NCBI GenBank assembly: GCA_003599365.1
Contig: QZJR01000098.1
Coordinates: 1-44,137 of the forward strand
Direction of reading: 5' to 3'
Source: Deltaproteobacteria bacterium
Lineage (GTDB): Bacteria; Desulfobacterota; UBA8473
DNA: 44,137 nt
Numbering within the stretch: the stretch's first letter is position 1; every line of letters begins with the position of its first letter. Shown piece after piece: positions 9,275 through 17,766 of the stretch. The notes below the pieces were generated by a model that saw nothing but the letters and a program-made list of their open reading frames with translations, was not told the DNA's origin and ran no database searches. The position numbers were made by a program, and so were the translations under genes.

Positions 9275-10002
9275 TTTTCCTTACTGCTCAGTTTTGCCTT
9301 AAGCTTTATCAAGGCCTGGCTGTGGATCTGACATATCCTACCCTCTGTCAGGTTCAACACATTGCCTATCTCTTTCATTGTCATTTCATCCCAGTAATAA
9401 AGGGAAAAAATAAGCTTTTCTTTTTCCGGAAGTTCATCAATAAGGAGCGCGAGCAACTCTGTTCTGGTTTTTTCTTCTAATACCTCAAAAGGGTCACTGG
9501 CATTTGGGTCAGGAATACATTCGGTAAGGCTTACCCCATCTTCTCCACTATTATCATTGAAATCCTCAAACCTCAGCGACGTTGTGATATTTGTATTCTG
9601 GAGTATACTGTAGTACTCATCCAAACTTATTTTAAGACTCTCCACGACCTCCTCATCTTCTGGTTGGCGCCCGAGTTCTCTCTCAAGCTTAAGATGTGCC
9701 TTTTTAATTGAACCAATCTTCTTTTTTATGGATATAGGTATCCATTCCATTGCCCGCAGTTCATCAAGCATTGCTCCTTTTATCCTGAACTTCACAAATG
9801 TATTAAGCTTTACCCTTCCTTGTTCAAACCTCTGAAGGGCATCTAAAAGGCCCACTATCCCGACGCTTATGAGATCATCTACAGTAAGCTGTGGAGTCAA
9901 TCTCCAGGTTAATCTGTAGGCAGTATATTTTATGAATGGGAGAGATTCCTTGATTATTTTTTCTTTTTCTTCCTCGGTTAATCCCATTTTATATCCAGAC
10001 AT
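9256..10002 (-). CDS. fliA: flagellar sigma factor FliA (sigma-28)
   Basis: The ORF track start at 10095 overlaps flhG. The internal ATG at 10002 (MSGYKMGLTEEE...) gives a 248-aa product. Sigma-70 region 2 (DDLISVGIVGLLDALQRF), region 3, and region 4 HTH (MTMKEIGNVLNLTEGRICQIHSQAL). Confidence 0.88.
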   Translation of the reverse strand: MSGYKMGLTEEEKEKIIKESLPFIKYTAYRLTWRLTPQLTVDDLISVGIVGLLDALQRFEQGRVKLNTFVKFRIKGAMLDELRAMEWIPISIKKKIGSIKKAHLKLERELGRQPEDEEVVESLKISLDEYYSILQNTNITTSLRFEDFNDNSGEDGVSLTECIPDPNASDPFEVLEEKTRTELLALLIDELPEKEKLIFSLYYWDEMTMKEIGNVLNLTEGRICQIHSQALIKLKAKLSSKEKQVDRL

Positions 10003-10027
10003 AGCTTTTTCCCCAAAACACCTGTAA

Positions 10028-10876
10028 CTACTCAGGTGTTTTGTCTGAAGCAGACAGCAAATTTCCGATAAAAAACTGTAATGTCCCCTTGACATTGCAG
10101 TTTGAGTCTAAAATTCTAGATGCGATCTCAAAAATCTGTTTTGAGGCAAGACTCTTTGGATATATATCCACAAATGCCTTCTGTAAACTTACCGCCTTCT
10201 GCACAGAATCATCAAAAGGGATATGTCCGAGATAATCAAGGGATATATTCAGGAATCTTTCGGTTACCATGGAGAGCTTTTTGAAGACTTCAAAGCCTTC
10301 TTTAGGACTCTTTACTGAATTAACAATAACGTGGAATTCCTTTTCCTGATACCTGGTAAAAAGAACCTTAATAAGGGCATAGGCATCTGTAATGGCTGTA
10401 GGTTCCGGTGACGTTACTATCACAATTTCCTGTGCTGCGATACAAAAAAAGGCTACATTTCCTGATATGCCGGCAGCGGTATCTATGAGGAGGACATCCG
10501 CAAGAGCAGTAGCATTATCATAAGCGTCAAATTCCTCCAGGAGCTTCAACCTCTGGAATTCGTCAAGCGCCGTTAACTCCTGCACACCGGAACTGGCGGG
10601 TATTATCTTTATCCCATGGGGACCATCAACCACAATATCCTTGAGTGTCTTTTCACTATTCACTACATGTTGTATGTTATAGCGCGGGGACAGATTAAGG
10701 AGGATATCTATATTGCTGAGTCCAAGGTCAGCATCTAAAATCATCACATCTTTGTCCTGTTTTTTCATCGCTATGGCGAGATTTGCCACAACATTGGTCT
10801 TGCCGACACCCCCCTTACCACTGGCCACAGCTATTGTCTTCACACGTTTTCTCTCCTTTTGTCTTTCCTTCAGCAT
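10028..10876 (-). CDS. flhG: MinD/ParA-type flagellar number regulator FlhG (FleN/YlxH)
   Basis: 282 aa. Deviant Walker A SGKGGVGKTN and MinD-like fold. Positioned between flhF and fliA. The stop codon TAG lies inside a CCTGAGTAGTTAC repeat motif. Confidence 0.88.
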   Translation of the reverse strand: MLKERQKERKRVKTIAVASGKGGVGKTNVVANLAIAMKKQDKDVMILDADLGLSNIDILLNLSPRYNIQHVVNSEKTLKDIVVDGPHGIKIIPASSGVQELTALDEFQRLKLLEEFDAYDNATALADVLLIDTAAGISGNVAFFCIAAQEIVIVTSPEPTAITDAYALIKVLFTRYQEKEFHVIVNSVKSPKEGFEVFKKLSMVTERFLNISLDYLGHIPFDDSVQKAVSLQKAFVDIYPKSLASKQIFEIASRILDSNCNVKGTLQFFIGNLLSASDKTPE

Positions 10877-12033
10877 TTATAAGCCCCCTTCTCTAATATG
10901 AGATTTACGAGCTTATCCACCGTAACAGATTCGATGTCTCCGGGCACATTCTGTCCTGTTGTTATATATGCGACAGGCTTGCGGTATGTGAGCAGAAAAT
11001 TGTATAAGGAACCAAATCTCACGGCCTCATCAACCTTTGTGAGGGCTACATAATCAATCGGCAATTTAGTGTAAAATTCATAAGCTTTCATCATGAACTC
11101 ATTATCGCAGTTTGCACTCATGAGGAGATGAAGCTCCAGAGGTATCTCTGTTTTACATATCTCGATGATGTAATTGATATATGCCTCATCATTTGGATTC
11201 CTCCCTGTGGTATCTATAAAAATAATATCCCTGTTCTCCGCAAACTTCGAGAAACTATTCTTTAATTCATTGGCATTCGAGACAATAGATAACGGTATGC
11301 CCATGATCCTGGCATATATTCTCGTCTGTTCAAGCGCCCCTATTCTATAGCTGTCAAGATTAATAATCCCAACTCTCTTGCTATTCTTTATTGCAAGGGC
11401 TGAAAGTTTAGCTATAGTTGTAGTCTTTCCTACACCTGTTGGCCCAATGAGCATAACAGCCTTTTTACACCCCTCGTTTGAGATGCCGGATTCCTTTACC
11501 TTTATATCAGCCGATATTAACGGCGGGATGTCATTCAAATCATTGGCTTTTCCACAGAGACTTAAGGCAAACTCCTCCCGTACCGACCTTTCTCTGAGAA
11601 AAGAGAATATCATCCTCTTCTTTGGCGGCAATGATATTTCATAGCCGTTATTCCTCATGTTTTCTACGGTCTCGCGTAGGATTTCGATCTCACTTTTAAT
11701 CCCTTCAATGGACGAGTTGTGAGTTGTGAGCCGTGAGTCTTGAGTCTCGAATATCTTATTTTCTATTTCTGACCTCTGACCTCTGACCTCTGGCCTCTCG
11801 ATTTCGTTAACAGTCAAGGCGACTGTCGTATTTTCTGAATTTCTAACTTTGAGCTTTGAGCTTTGAGCTTTGAACTTTTCATTGTCATAGTCTACCGCCG
11901 CGGTCACCTCAACAAAAGGCCGGACACCTTTTTTTTCCTCTGTAGACAGTATTATTGCGTCTTCGCTAAGTTCTTTCTTCACCAATTCGAGAGCCTCGGC
12001 AAAATTCCTTGCTTTAAATTTTTTAATCTTCAT
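10870..12033 (-). CDS. flhF: SRP-type GTPase FlhF
   Basis: 387 aa. N-terminus MKIKKFKARNFAEALELVKKELSEDAIIL. G-domain GPTGVGKTTTIAKL, DTTGR, TKVDE. Confidence 0.9.
   Translation of the reverse strand: MKIKKFKARNFAEALELVKKELSEDAIILSTEEKKGVRPFVEVTAAVDYDNEKFKAQSSKLKVRNSENTTVALTVNEIERPEVRGQRSEIENKIFETQDSRLTTHNSSIEGIKSEIEILRETVENMRNNGYEISLPPKKRMIFSFLRERSVREEFALSLCGKANDLNDIPPLISADIKVKESGISNEGCKKAVMLIGPTGVGKTTTIAKLSALAIKNSKRVGIINLDSYRIGALEQTRIYARIMGIPLSIVSNANELKNSFSKFAENRDIIFIDTTGRNPNDEAYINYIIEICKTEIPLELHLLMSANCDNEFMMKAYEFYTKLPIDYVALTKVDEAVRFGSLYNFLLTYRKPVAYITTGQNVPGDIESVTVDKLVNLILEKGAYKC
11714..11874. repeat. three blocks of tandem heptanucleotides inside the flhF coding sequence
   Basis: GAGTTGT GAGTTGT GAGCCGT GAGTCTT GAGTCTC (11714-11748). 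TCTGACC x3 + TCTGGCC (11768-11795). CTTTGAG x3 + CTTTGAA (11847-11874). Confidence 0.9.
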
Positions 12034-14056
12034 ATCTCAACACCCCCGTGGTAGATAGTTTTACTGATGGAGATATCTCTGCATTGGAAAGAATGACCAG
12101 CGACGGAATGAATCTCTCTATGATTTTTCTGAGAAATCTCCTCGCCTGCGTGGAGCAAAGAATAATTGGCTGGGAACCTTTAAACCTACCTTCTGTGATG
12201 GCGGTCTCTATTGCCCTCATCAACTTATTTACAACTTCAGGGCTTATTGCACCTCCGGCTTCCACGGCATGAGAAATCGCCCTTTCAAACTCCGGATCCA
12301 GGGTTATAGCATAGATATTCCCGTCAGGAGAGATATACTGTTTGGTTATATACCTCGAAAGGGACTGCCTCACATATTCTGTGAGCAACTCCGTATCCTT
12401 GGTGGAAGGTGCCCAATCAATAAGGGTCTCAAATATGGTAACAAGGTCATTTATCGGCACCTTTTCCCTCAAAAGATTCTGAAGTACCCTTTGAACACCG
12501 CCTAATGTTAAAAGAGACGGAATAAGCTCATCAACAATTTTTGGATAGTTTTTCAAGAGATTGTCCAATAAACTCTGGACTTCTGCCCTTGTGAGAAGCT
12601 CCCACGCATGAGTTTTTATTAGTTCAGTCAGATGTGTAGTAATCACTGTCGGAGGGTCAATAACCATATAGCCCTTTGTTTGAGCTTTATCCATATCTTT
12701 ATCACTGATCCAGAAGGCTGGAAGTCCAAATGCCGGTTCCTTTGTAGGTATCCCTTCTATCTCTTCTGCTTCTCCTGATGCGACAGCAAGGCAGTGACCG
12801 ATCATAACCTCACCCCTTGCAATCTCAATACCCCGTATGAGTAAACTATATTCATGCGGCCTGATCTGGAGGTTATCCTTTATATGTATTGAAGGCGCAA
12901 TAAAACCAAGCTCAGAGGCAAGTTGTCTCCTCATTGCCTTTATTTTGTTAAGAAGGTCTACCTTCCCGCCCTCTAGAAGAGGAATTAAGCCATAGCCTAT
13001 CTCGAAGGTAAGCGGTTCTATCTCTATGACAGTATCTATAGCGGGTTCTTGGGCCATTGGCTTGATTTCCTGTTCTTTTTCGACCTCAACTGCATTCTTT
13101 GAAAGGACATATGCCAGGGCTCCTGATATAGTCGCAAGAAGCAAGAAAGAAATGTGTGGAAGCCCAGGTACAAGGCCGAGAACAACCATTACCCCCGATG
13201 TAGTACCCAGTGCTTTCGGATTTATTAATAGCTGTCTGGTTATATCTTTCCCAATATCTGTATCTGTTCCGGCACGGCTAACAACAATGCCCGCAGCAGT
13301 AGAAATGAGCAGTGCAGGGATTTGTGAAACAAGGCCATCACCAATGGTCAATATAGTATAAGTCTTTGCAGCTTCTAAAAGGGGCATACCCTCCTGCAGC
13401 GTACCTATTATGAAACCGCCGATAATATTTATACCCGTTATTATTAACCCTGCGATGGCATCACCTCTGACAAATTTACTGGCCCCATCCATTGCCCCGT
13501 AGAAATCAGCCTCTTGAGAAACGACTTTCCTCCTTCTCCTTGCCTCTGATTCATCGAGGAGCCCGGCATTAAGGTCTGCATCTATAGCCATCTGCTTACC
13601 CGGCATTGCATCAAGAGTGAATCTTGCAGCAACTTCCGCTATCCTGCCTGATCCCTTTGTTATGACCACAAAATTTACAATCACCAGGATCAGAAAGACT
13701 ACAAAACCAACCGCATAGTTTCCACCTACAACGAAATTCCCGAATGACTTTATCACTTCCCCTGCAGCATCCATACCTTCATTCCCTCTGAGCAGTATCA
13801 ACCTGGTGGACGCAATATTCAATGCGAGCCTGTAGAGTGTTGTTATGAGAAGCATTGAAGGAAATACAGAGAAATCCAGAGGCTTTTTAATATATATGCC
13901 GGTTACGAGTATAATTATTGACAGGGATATAGAGAATGACAGAAGGATATCCAGTACAAAAGGTGGGACAGGCAGTATCATCACGCCCAAAATAGAGACT
14001 ACGCTTACGGCAACAAAGACACCCCCTCTTTTTTGTATCAGTTCGAGAAAGTTCAT
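12023..14056 (-). CDS. flhA: flagellar export apparatus protein FlhA
   Basis: 677 aa. Polytopic N-terminal domain with the conserved FHIPEP-type segment (EVAARFTLDAMPGKQMAIDADLNAG) and a large cytoplasmic C-terminal domain. Confidence 0.96.
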   Translation of the reverse strand: MNFLELIQKRGGVFVAVSVVSILGVMILPVPPFVLDILLSFSISLSIIILVTGIYIKKPLDFSVFPSMLLITTLYRLALNIASTRLILLRGNEGMDAAGEVIKSFGNFVVGGNYAVGFVVFLILVIVNFVVITKGSGRIAEVAARFTLDAMPGKQMAIDADLNAGLLDESEARRRRKVVSQEADFYGAMDGASKFVRGDAIAGLIITGINIIGGFIIGTLQEGMPLLEAAKTYTILTIGDGLVSQIPALLISTAAGIVVSRAGTDTDIGKDITRQLLINPKALGTTSGVMVVLGLVPGLPHISFLLLATISGALAYVLSKNAVEVEKEQEIKPMAQEPAIDTVIEIEPLTFEIGYGLIPLLEGGKVDLLNKIKAMRRQLASELGFIAPSIHIKDNLQIRPHEYSLLIRGIEIARGEVMIGHCLAVASGEAEEIEGIPTKEPAFGLPAFWISDKDMDKAQTKGYMVIDPPTVITTHLTELIKTHAWELLTRAEVQSLLDNLLKNYPKIVDELIPSLLTLGGVQRVLQNLLREKVPINDLVTIFETLIDWAPSTKDTELLTEYVRQSLSRYITKQYISPDGNIYAITLDPEFERAISHAVEAGGAISPEVVNKLMRAIETAITEGRFKGSQPIILCSTQARRFLRKIIERFIPSLVILSNAEISPSVKLSTTGVLRYED

Positions 14057-15129
14057 ACCTGTCCTCTGCTTATAAAGCTCAAAGGTGAAAGCTTTGAGCT
14101 TTCAGCTTTCAGCTTATATATATACGCCAGTATCCTGGCCACGGCCCTGTAAAGTTCCTCGGGTATATATGAGTTAATTTTAAGCTTGTAGAGAGCCCTG
14201 GCCAATAGTTTGTCCTCAACAACAGGAATATGGTGTTTTCTTGCAATCTCTTTGATCTTTTCAGCTATGAATCCTGAACCTTTTGCAATAACCTCAGGCG
14301 CTGACATCTCGTCTCTCTTATATCTCAGGGCAACAACAATATGTGTCGGGTTTGTTATGACCACCGTTGCCTTTGGAACTTCCTGCATCATTCGTTTCCT
14401 TGCCATCTCCCTCTGAAGGCTCTTTATCCTCGATTTGATTAACGGCTCACCCTCTGACTCCTTATACTCTTCCTTTATCTCCTGTTTGGTCATTCTTATG
14501 GAACGCTCAAATCTCCATCTTTCATAGAGATAATCCATAATTGCGATGATAAAGAAAATGACTAAAGCAGATAACACAGCTTTAGATATAAGCCTGCCTG
14601 ATATTTCCTGAAGACCCCTGATATCCATGCCAGCTGTGAAGGGAAGGATAGGTATAAGCTTCTTAATGATGTAGTAGAACATGAATCCGCCCACAACAAA
14701 CTTTAAAAAGCTCTTGAGGAAATTCACAAGACCAGATATGGAAAACAACTGCTTAAGTCCGTTTAGAGGGTTTAGCTTTTCAATCTCGAATTTCAAAGGT
14801 TTGAGAATGATCCCTCCCTGCAATACCCCTGCAATTATAGCGAATATTGCTGCAGTTCCTAAAAATGGCATTAATGTCCAGAGCATTTTGTATGAAGCTG
14901 CTTTCATAACAGTAATCGGGTTTTGCCCGTATTGGAGTCCCAGGAGTTTCCCTGTTTCTACCATCATATTTTTTAGGAAACTATCCCCTGCAAAATAAAA
15001 CATGAGCAGGATTCCTGCCGTACCGGCTATTGATGTGAGTTCACGGCTCCTGGCAGCCTGACCTTTTTCCCTGGCCTTCTGTCGCTTTCGCGGCGTTGCC
15101 TTCTCTATCTTTTCATGTCCTTCAGGCAT
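14053..15129 (-). CDS. flhB: flagellar export switch protein FlhB
   Basis: 358 aa. N-terminus EKATPRKRQKAREKGQ, four TM segments, and the NPTH autocleavage site (VVITNPTHIVVAL). The stop overlaps the flhA start (ATGA). Confidence 0.95.
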   Translation of the reverse strand: MPEGHEKIEKATPRKRQKAREKGQAARSRELTSIAGTAGILLMFYFAGDSFLKNMMVETGKLLGLQYGQNPITVMKAASYKMLWTLMPFLGTAAIFAIIAGVLQGGIILKPLKFEIEKLNPLNGLKQLFSISGLVNFLKSFLKFVVGGFMFYYIIKKLIPILPFTAGMDIRGLQEISGRLISKAVLSALVIFFIIAIMDYLYERWRFERSIRMTKQEIKEEYKESEGEPLIKSRIKSLQREMARKRMMQEVPKATVVITNPTHIVVALRYKRDEMSAPEVIAKGSGFIAEKIKEIARKHHIPVVEDKLLARALYKLKINSYIPEELYRAVARILAYIYKLKAESSKLSPLSFISRGQV

Positions 15130-15154
15130 CTCAATCCCTCAAACAGCACAAATC

Positions 15155-15907
15155 TTAACCCCTTGCTATAACAATAACCCTAACCATCTCATCTTTTATG
15201 ATATTGAAATACATGCCGATCACAGGCATAAACACAGAAATACTAAATAGCATCACAATAAAACCCACAAAAATGTACACAGGGTATCCTACAAAGAAGA
15301 TATTCATCTGCGGGGCCGCCTTAGATATAAATCCGAGCAATAGATTTGAGATGACCATGGCTATAACCACAGGGGCGCTTATTTTCAATGCAATGATAAA
15401 CATCTTTCCGCCTAACGAGATCATATAAACAGCAAGATTTTTTATATCTATATGTCCTCCCGGAAGCCATTCATAACTCTTTACAAAAACATATACAAGG
15501 TCGTGATGGATATCCATAGCAAGAAAAATAAGCATAGCGATAACACCATATATCTGTGCCACCTCTGTTGACTGCCCCAGTTCGGGGTTAAATACAGTAG
15601 CAATGGACAGACCCATTACATTGCTCATCATCTGGCCTGCCATATCCACAGCAAAAAAAATAGACCTGGCTGTAAAGGCGAAGGTAATGCCTAACATAAC
15701 CTCACGCAAAACTAAAATAGGCATCTCTGTCTGTGAGATCTTAAATTCCACAACAGGCGTGAGGATAAAGGCTATGGCAACAACAAAACCTATCTTGAAC
15801 CGTGCCGGGACATTCCTGCTGCCCAAAAATGGAAGCAGACTAACGACAACCCCTGCCCTCAGGAGGATTAATAGAAAGTTTGGGATATATTTTGCGAAGA
15901 TATCCAT
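15155..15907 (-). CDS. fliR: flagellar export apparatus protein FliR
   Basis: 250 aa polytopic membrane protein in the fliPQR-flhB position. Confidence 0.9.
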   Translation of the reverse strand: MDIFAKYIPNFLLILLRAGVVVSLLPFLGSRNVPARFKIGFVVAIAFILTPVVEFKISQTEMPILVLREVMLGITFAFTARSIFFAVDMAGQMMSNVMGLSIATVFNPELGQSTEVAQIYGVIAMLIFLAMDIHHDLVYVFVKSYEWLPGGHIDIKNLAVYMISLGGKMFIIALKISAPVVIAMVISNLLLGFISKAAPQMNIFFVGYPVYIFVGFIVMLFSISVFMPVIGMYFNIIKDEMVRVIVIARG

Positions 15908-15928
15908 TTTAACCTATGAAGAAAAATT

Positions 15929-16152
15929 CTAACTACTCAGGTTCAAAGTTCCAAGGTTCACGGTTCACGGTTGATGCATTCGTAAAAAGTCGAAAAAATC
16001 CCTCTCCCTAACCCTCCCCCGTCAAGGGGGAGGGGATTTCGGACTTTTTACGAGTTCATCAAGGTTAGAGAGCGATGAACACAGACCAGTATGAAGATAA
16101 GGCAACCAACTGTGAACCTTGAACCCTGAACCTGACAACCTAGCGTAGTTAC
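15929..16152. repeat. type A MITE-like element with a nested type E element (15973-16060)
   Basis: Outer ends are CTAACTACTCAGGTTCAAAGTTCCAAGGTTCACGG and CCTAGCGTAGTTAC. The inner element is bounded by gatgcattcgtaaaaagtcg and cggactttttacgagttcatc around a C-rich/G-rich hairpin (ccctctccctaaccctccccc gtcaa gggggaggggatt). The outer sequence on both sides of the insert aligns with the uninterrupted copy at 3864-3993. Confidence 0.9.
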
Positions 16153-16155
16153 GTT

Positions 16156-16425
16156 TCATCTTATATATACCGGTATCTTTTCTATGATGTTAATTGTAAA
16201 AGATATCAAGGTCTTGACCATCCATGGAAAGAATATAAAAAGAGATACAAACACAGCAACCATCTTTGGCACAAATGTTAAGGTAAACTCTTGTATCTGT
16301 GTTACTGCCTGGAAAAGACTCACACCCAGTCCTACAAGCAGACTTATAAGAAGTATAGGTCCTGACACAAGCAGTATTGTCTTGAATACCTCTCCTAAAA
16401 GTTCTTTGACTAAATCCACGCTCAT
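16156..16425 (-). CDS. fliQ: flagellar export apparatus protein FliQ
   Basis: The start is moved to the ATG at 16425 (MSVDLVKELL...), which overlaps the fliP stop as ATGA and follows a GGAG. The product is 89 aa with two TM segments. Confidence 0.9.
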   Translation of the reverse strand: MSVDLVKELLGEVFKTILLVSGPILLISLLVGLGVSLFQAVTQIQEFTLTFVPKMVAVFVSLFIFFPWMVKTLISFTINIIEKIPVYIR

Positions 16426-17054
16426 TGGAAACTCCTTACAATAGAACCCACAACAAGGTTCCACCCATCAATAAGGACAAAAAGCAGTAGTTTGAATGGA
16501 AGAGATATTAATACAGGTGGAAGCATCATCATGCCCATAGAGAGCAGTATACTGGACACAACCATGTCCAGCACCAAGAATGGAAGATATATGAGGAAGC
16601 CTATTTCAAAAGCGGTCTTAAGCTCGCTTATGGCAAATGCAGGAACAACAATCTTTAACGAAAGTTTTCCGGAATCAGAAGGCACCTTTTCCTTTGCTAT
16701 GTTCAAAAATAAAGCGATGTCCTTTTCTCTTGTCTGCTTTAACATAAAGGTCTTGATAGGCGACTCAGACCTTTTGAAAGCCTCTTGCATTGTTATCTGT
16801 TTATTCATATATGGACTTATTGCATCCCTGTTAATTACATCTATTGTCGGAGACATAATAAATAGTGTTAGGAATAGTGCGAGGCCTATTATCACAGGTG
16901 TTGGAGGTATCTGCTGACCGCCGATGGCCTGGCGCAAAAATGAAAGCACTACCACAATCCTTGTGAATGACGTAAACATTATGAGTATCGGCGGCAGAAT
17001 GGAGAAGAAGCTTATTAGCAGAAATACTTCGATGACTTTGTCATTTATATTCAC
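16422..17054 (-). CDS. fliP: flagellar export apparatus protein FliP
   Basis: 210 aa. Conserved FliP segments FTRIVVVLSFLRQA and VVPAFAISELKTAFEIGFLIYLPFLVLDMVVSSILLSMGMMMLPP. Confidence 0.93.
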   Translation of the reverse strand: MNINDKVIEVFLLISFFSILPPILIMFTSFTRIVVVLSFLRQAIGGQQIPPTPVIIGLALFLTLFIMSPTIDVINRDAISPYMNKQITMQEAFKRSESPIKTFMLKQTREKDIALFLNIAKEKVPSDSGKLSLKIVVPAFAISELKTAFEIGFLIYLPFLVLDMVVSSILLSMGMMMLPPVLISLPFKLLLFVLIDGWNLVVGSIVRSFQ

Positions 17055-17361
17055 TCAAATGCTCCTTGATATTTCTCAATCTACTCAGTCTATAGGTAAT
17101 ATCACTGCCTATTTCTGCATCTAATTCATCTTGAGCAAATGTCTTTAGCAACTTGAATTCTGTTGATGTGATGCCAAGGAGGAGTATCTCTTTCCCAATC
17201 TTAAGTGCCGCTACCCCTTTTCTTGGTCCAAATGACCGATAAGCAAGAATGCTCATTAAACCCGCCTTATCCTGCTTCTTTCTGACGAAAAAGCCCATGA
17301 GAAGTATTAGTCCAATTACCGCTGCAAGGGCTATTATCATCTGGATGTATGCCCCTGTCAT
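17041..17361 (-). CDS. fliO: flagellar biosynthesis protein FliO
   Basis: 106 aa with a single N-terminal TM (IIALAAVIGLILLMGFFV). Lies between fliN and fliP. Confidence 0.7.
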   Translation of the reverse strand: MTGAYIQMIIALAAVIGLILLMGFFVRKKQDKAGLMSILAYRSFGPRKGVAALKIGKEILLLGITSTEFKLLKTFAQDELDAEIGSDITYRLSRLRNIKEHLSEYK

Positions 17362-17696
17362 TTTAGCTGCTTTATCCTTTCTGTAGGACTTATAATATCT
17401 GTCAATCTCACACCGAACTTTTCATTGACCACCACCACCTCACCTCTTGCCACAAGCTTATTGTTAACAAGTATCTCCATCGGTTCCCCTGCAATCTTTT
17501 CCAACTCGACAACCGAGCCCTGACCGAGCTGTAACAGGTCGTTTATAAGCATCTTTGTCCTGCCCAGTTCCACCGTTACCTGAAGCGGTATGTCGAGGAG
17601 AAAATCTATATCCTTCGTACCCATAAGTTTCTTATCTTCAGTCTTCAACTCTTCAAAGTCTACCTCATCAGGCAGCTGTTCTATCTTCTCTTCCAT
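17358..17696 (-). CDS. fliN: flagellar motor switch protein FliN
   Basis: 112 aa. SpoA-type C-terminus (IPLQVTVELGRTKMLINDLLQLGQGSVVELEKIAGEPMEILVNNKLVARGEVVVVNEKFGVRL). Confidence 0.9.
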   Translation of the reverse strand: MEEKIEQLPDEVDFEELKTEDKKLMGTKDIDFLLDIPLQVTVELGRTKMLINDLLQLGQGSVVELEKIAGEPMEILVNNKLVARGEVVVVNEKFGVRLTDIISPTERIKQLK

Positions 17697-17710
17697 TGCG
17701 AACTCCTTTT

Positions 17711-17758
17711 GTTTAGGCTGTAGCCTAACAGCCTACAGCCTACGGTCTATCTACCTGT
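17711..17758. repeat. type D repeat between fliM and fliN
   Basis: gtttaggctgtagcctaacagcctacagcctacggtctatctacctgt. Hairpin aggctgtag/ctacagcct. Shares both ends with 9198-9274. Confidence 0.85.
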
Positions 17759-17766
17759 ATTTAAGA

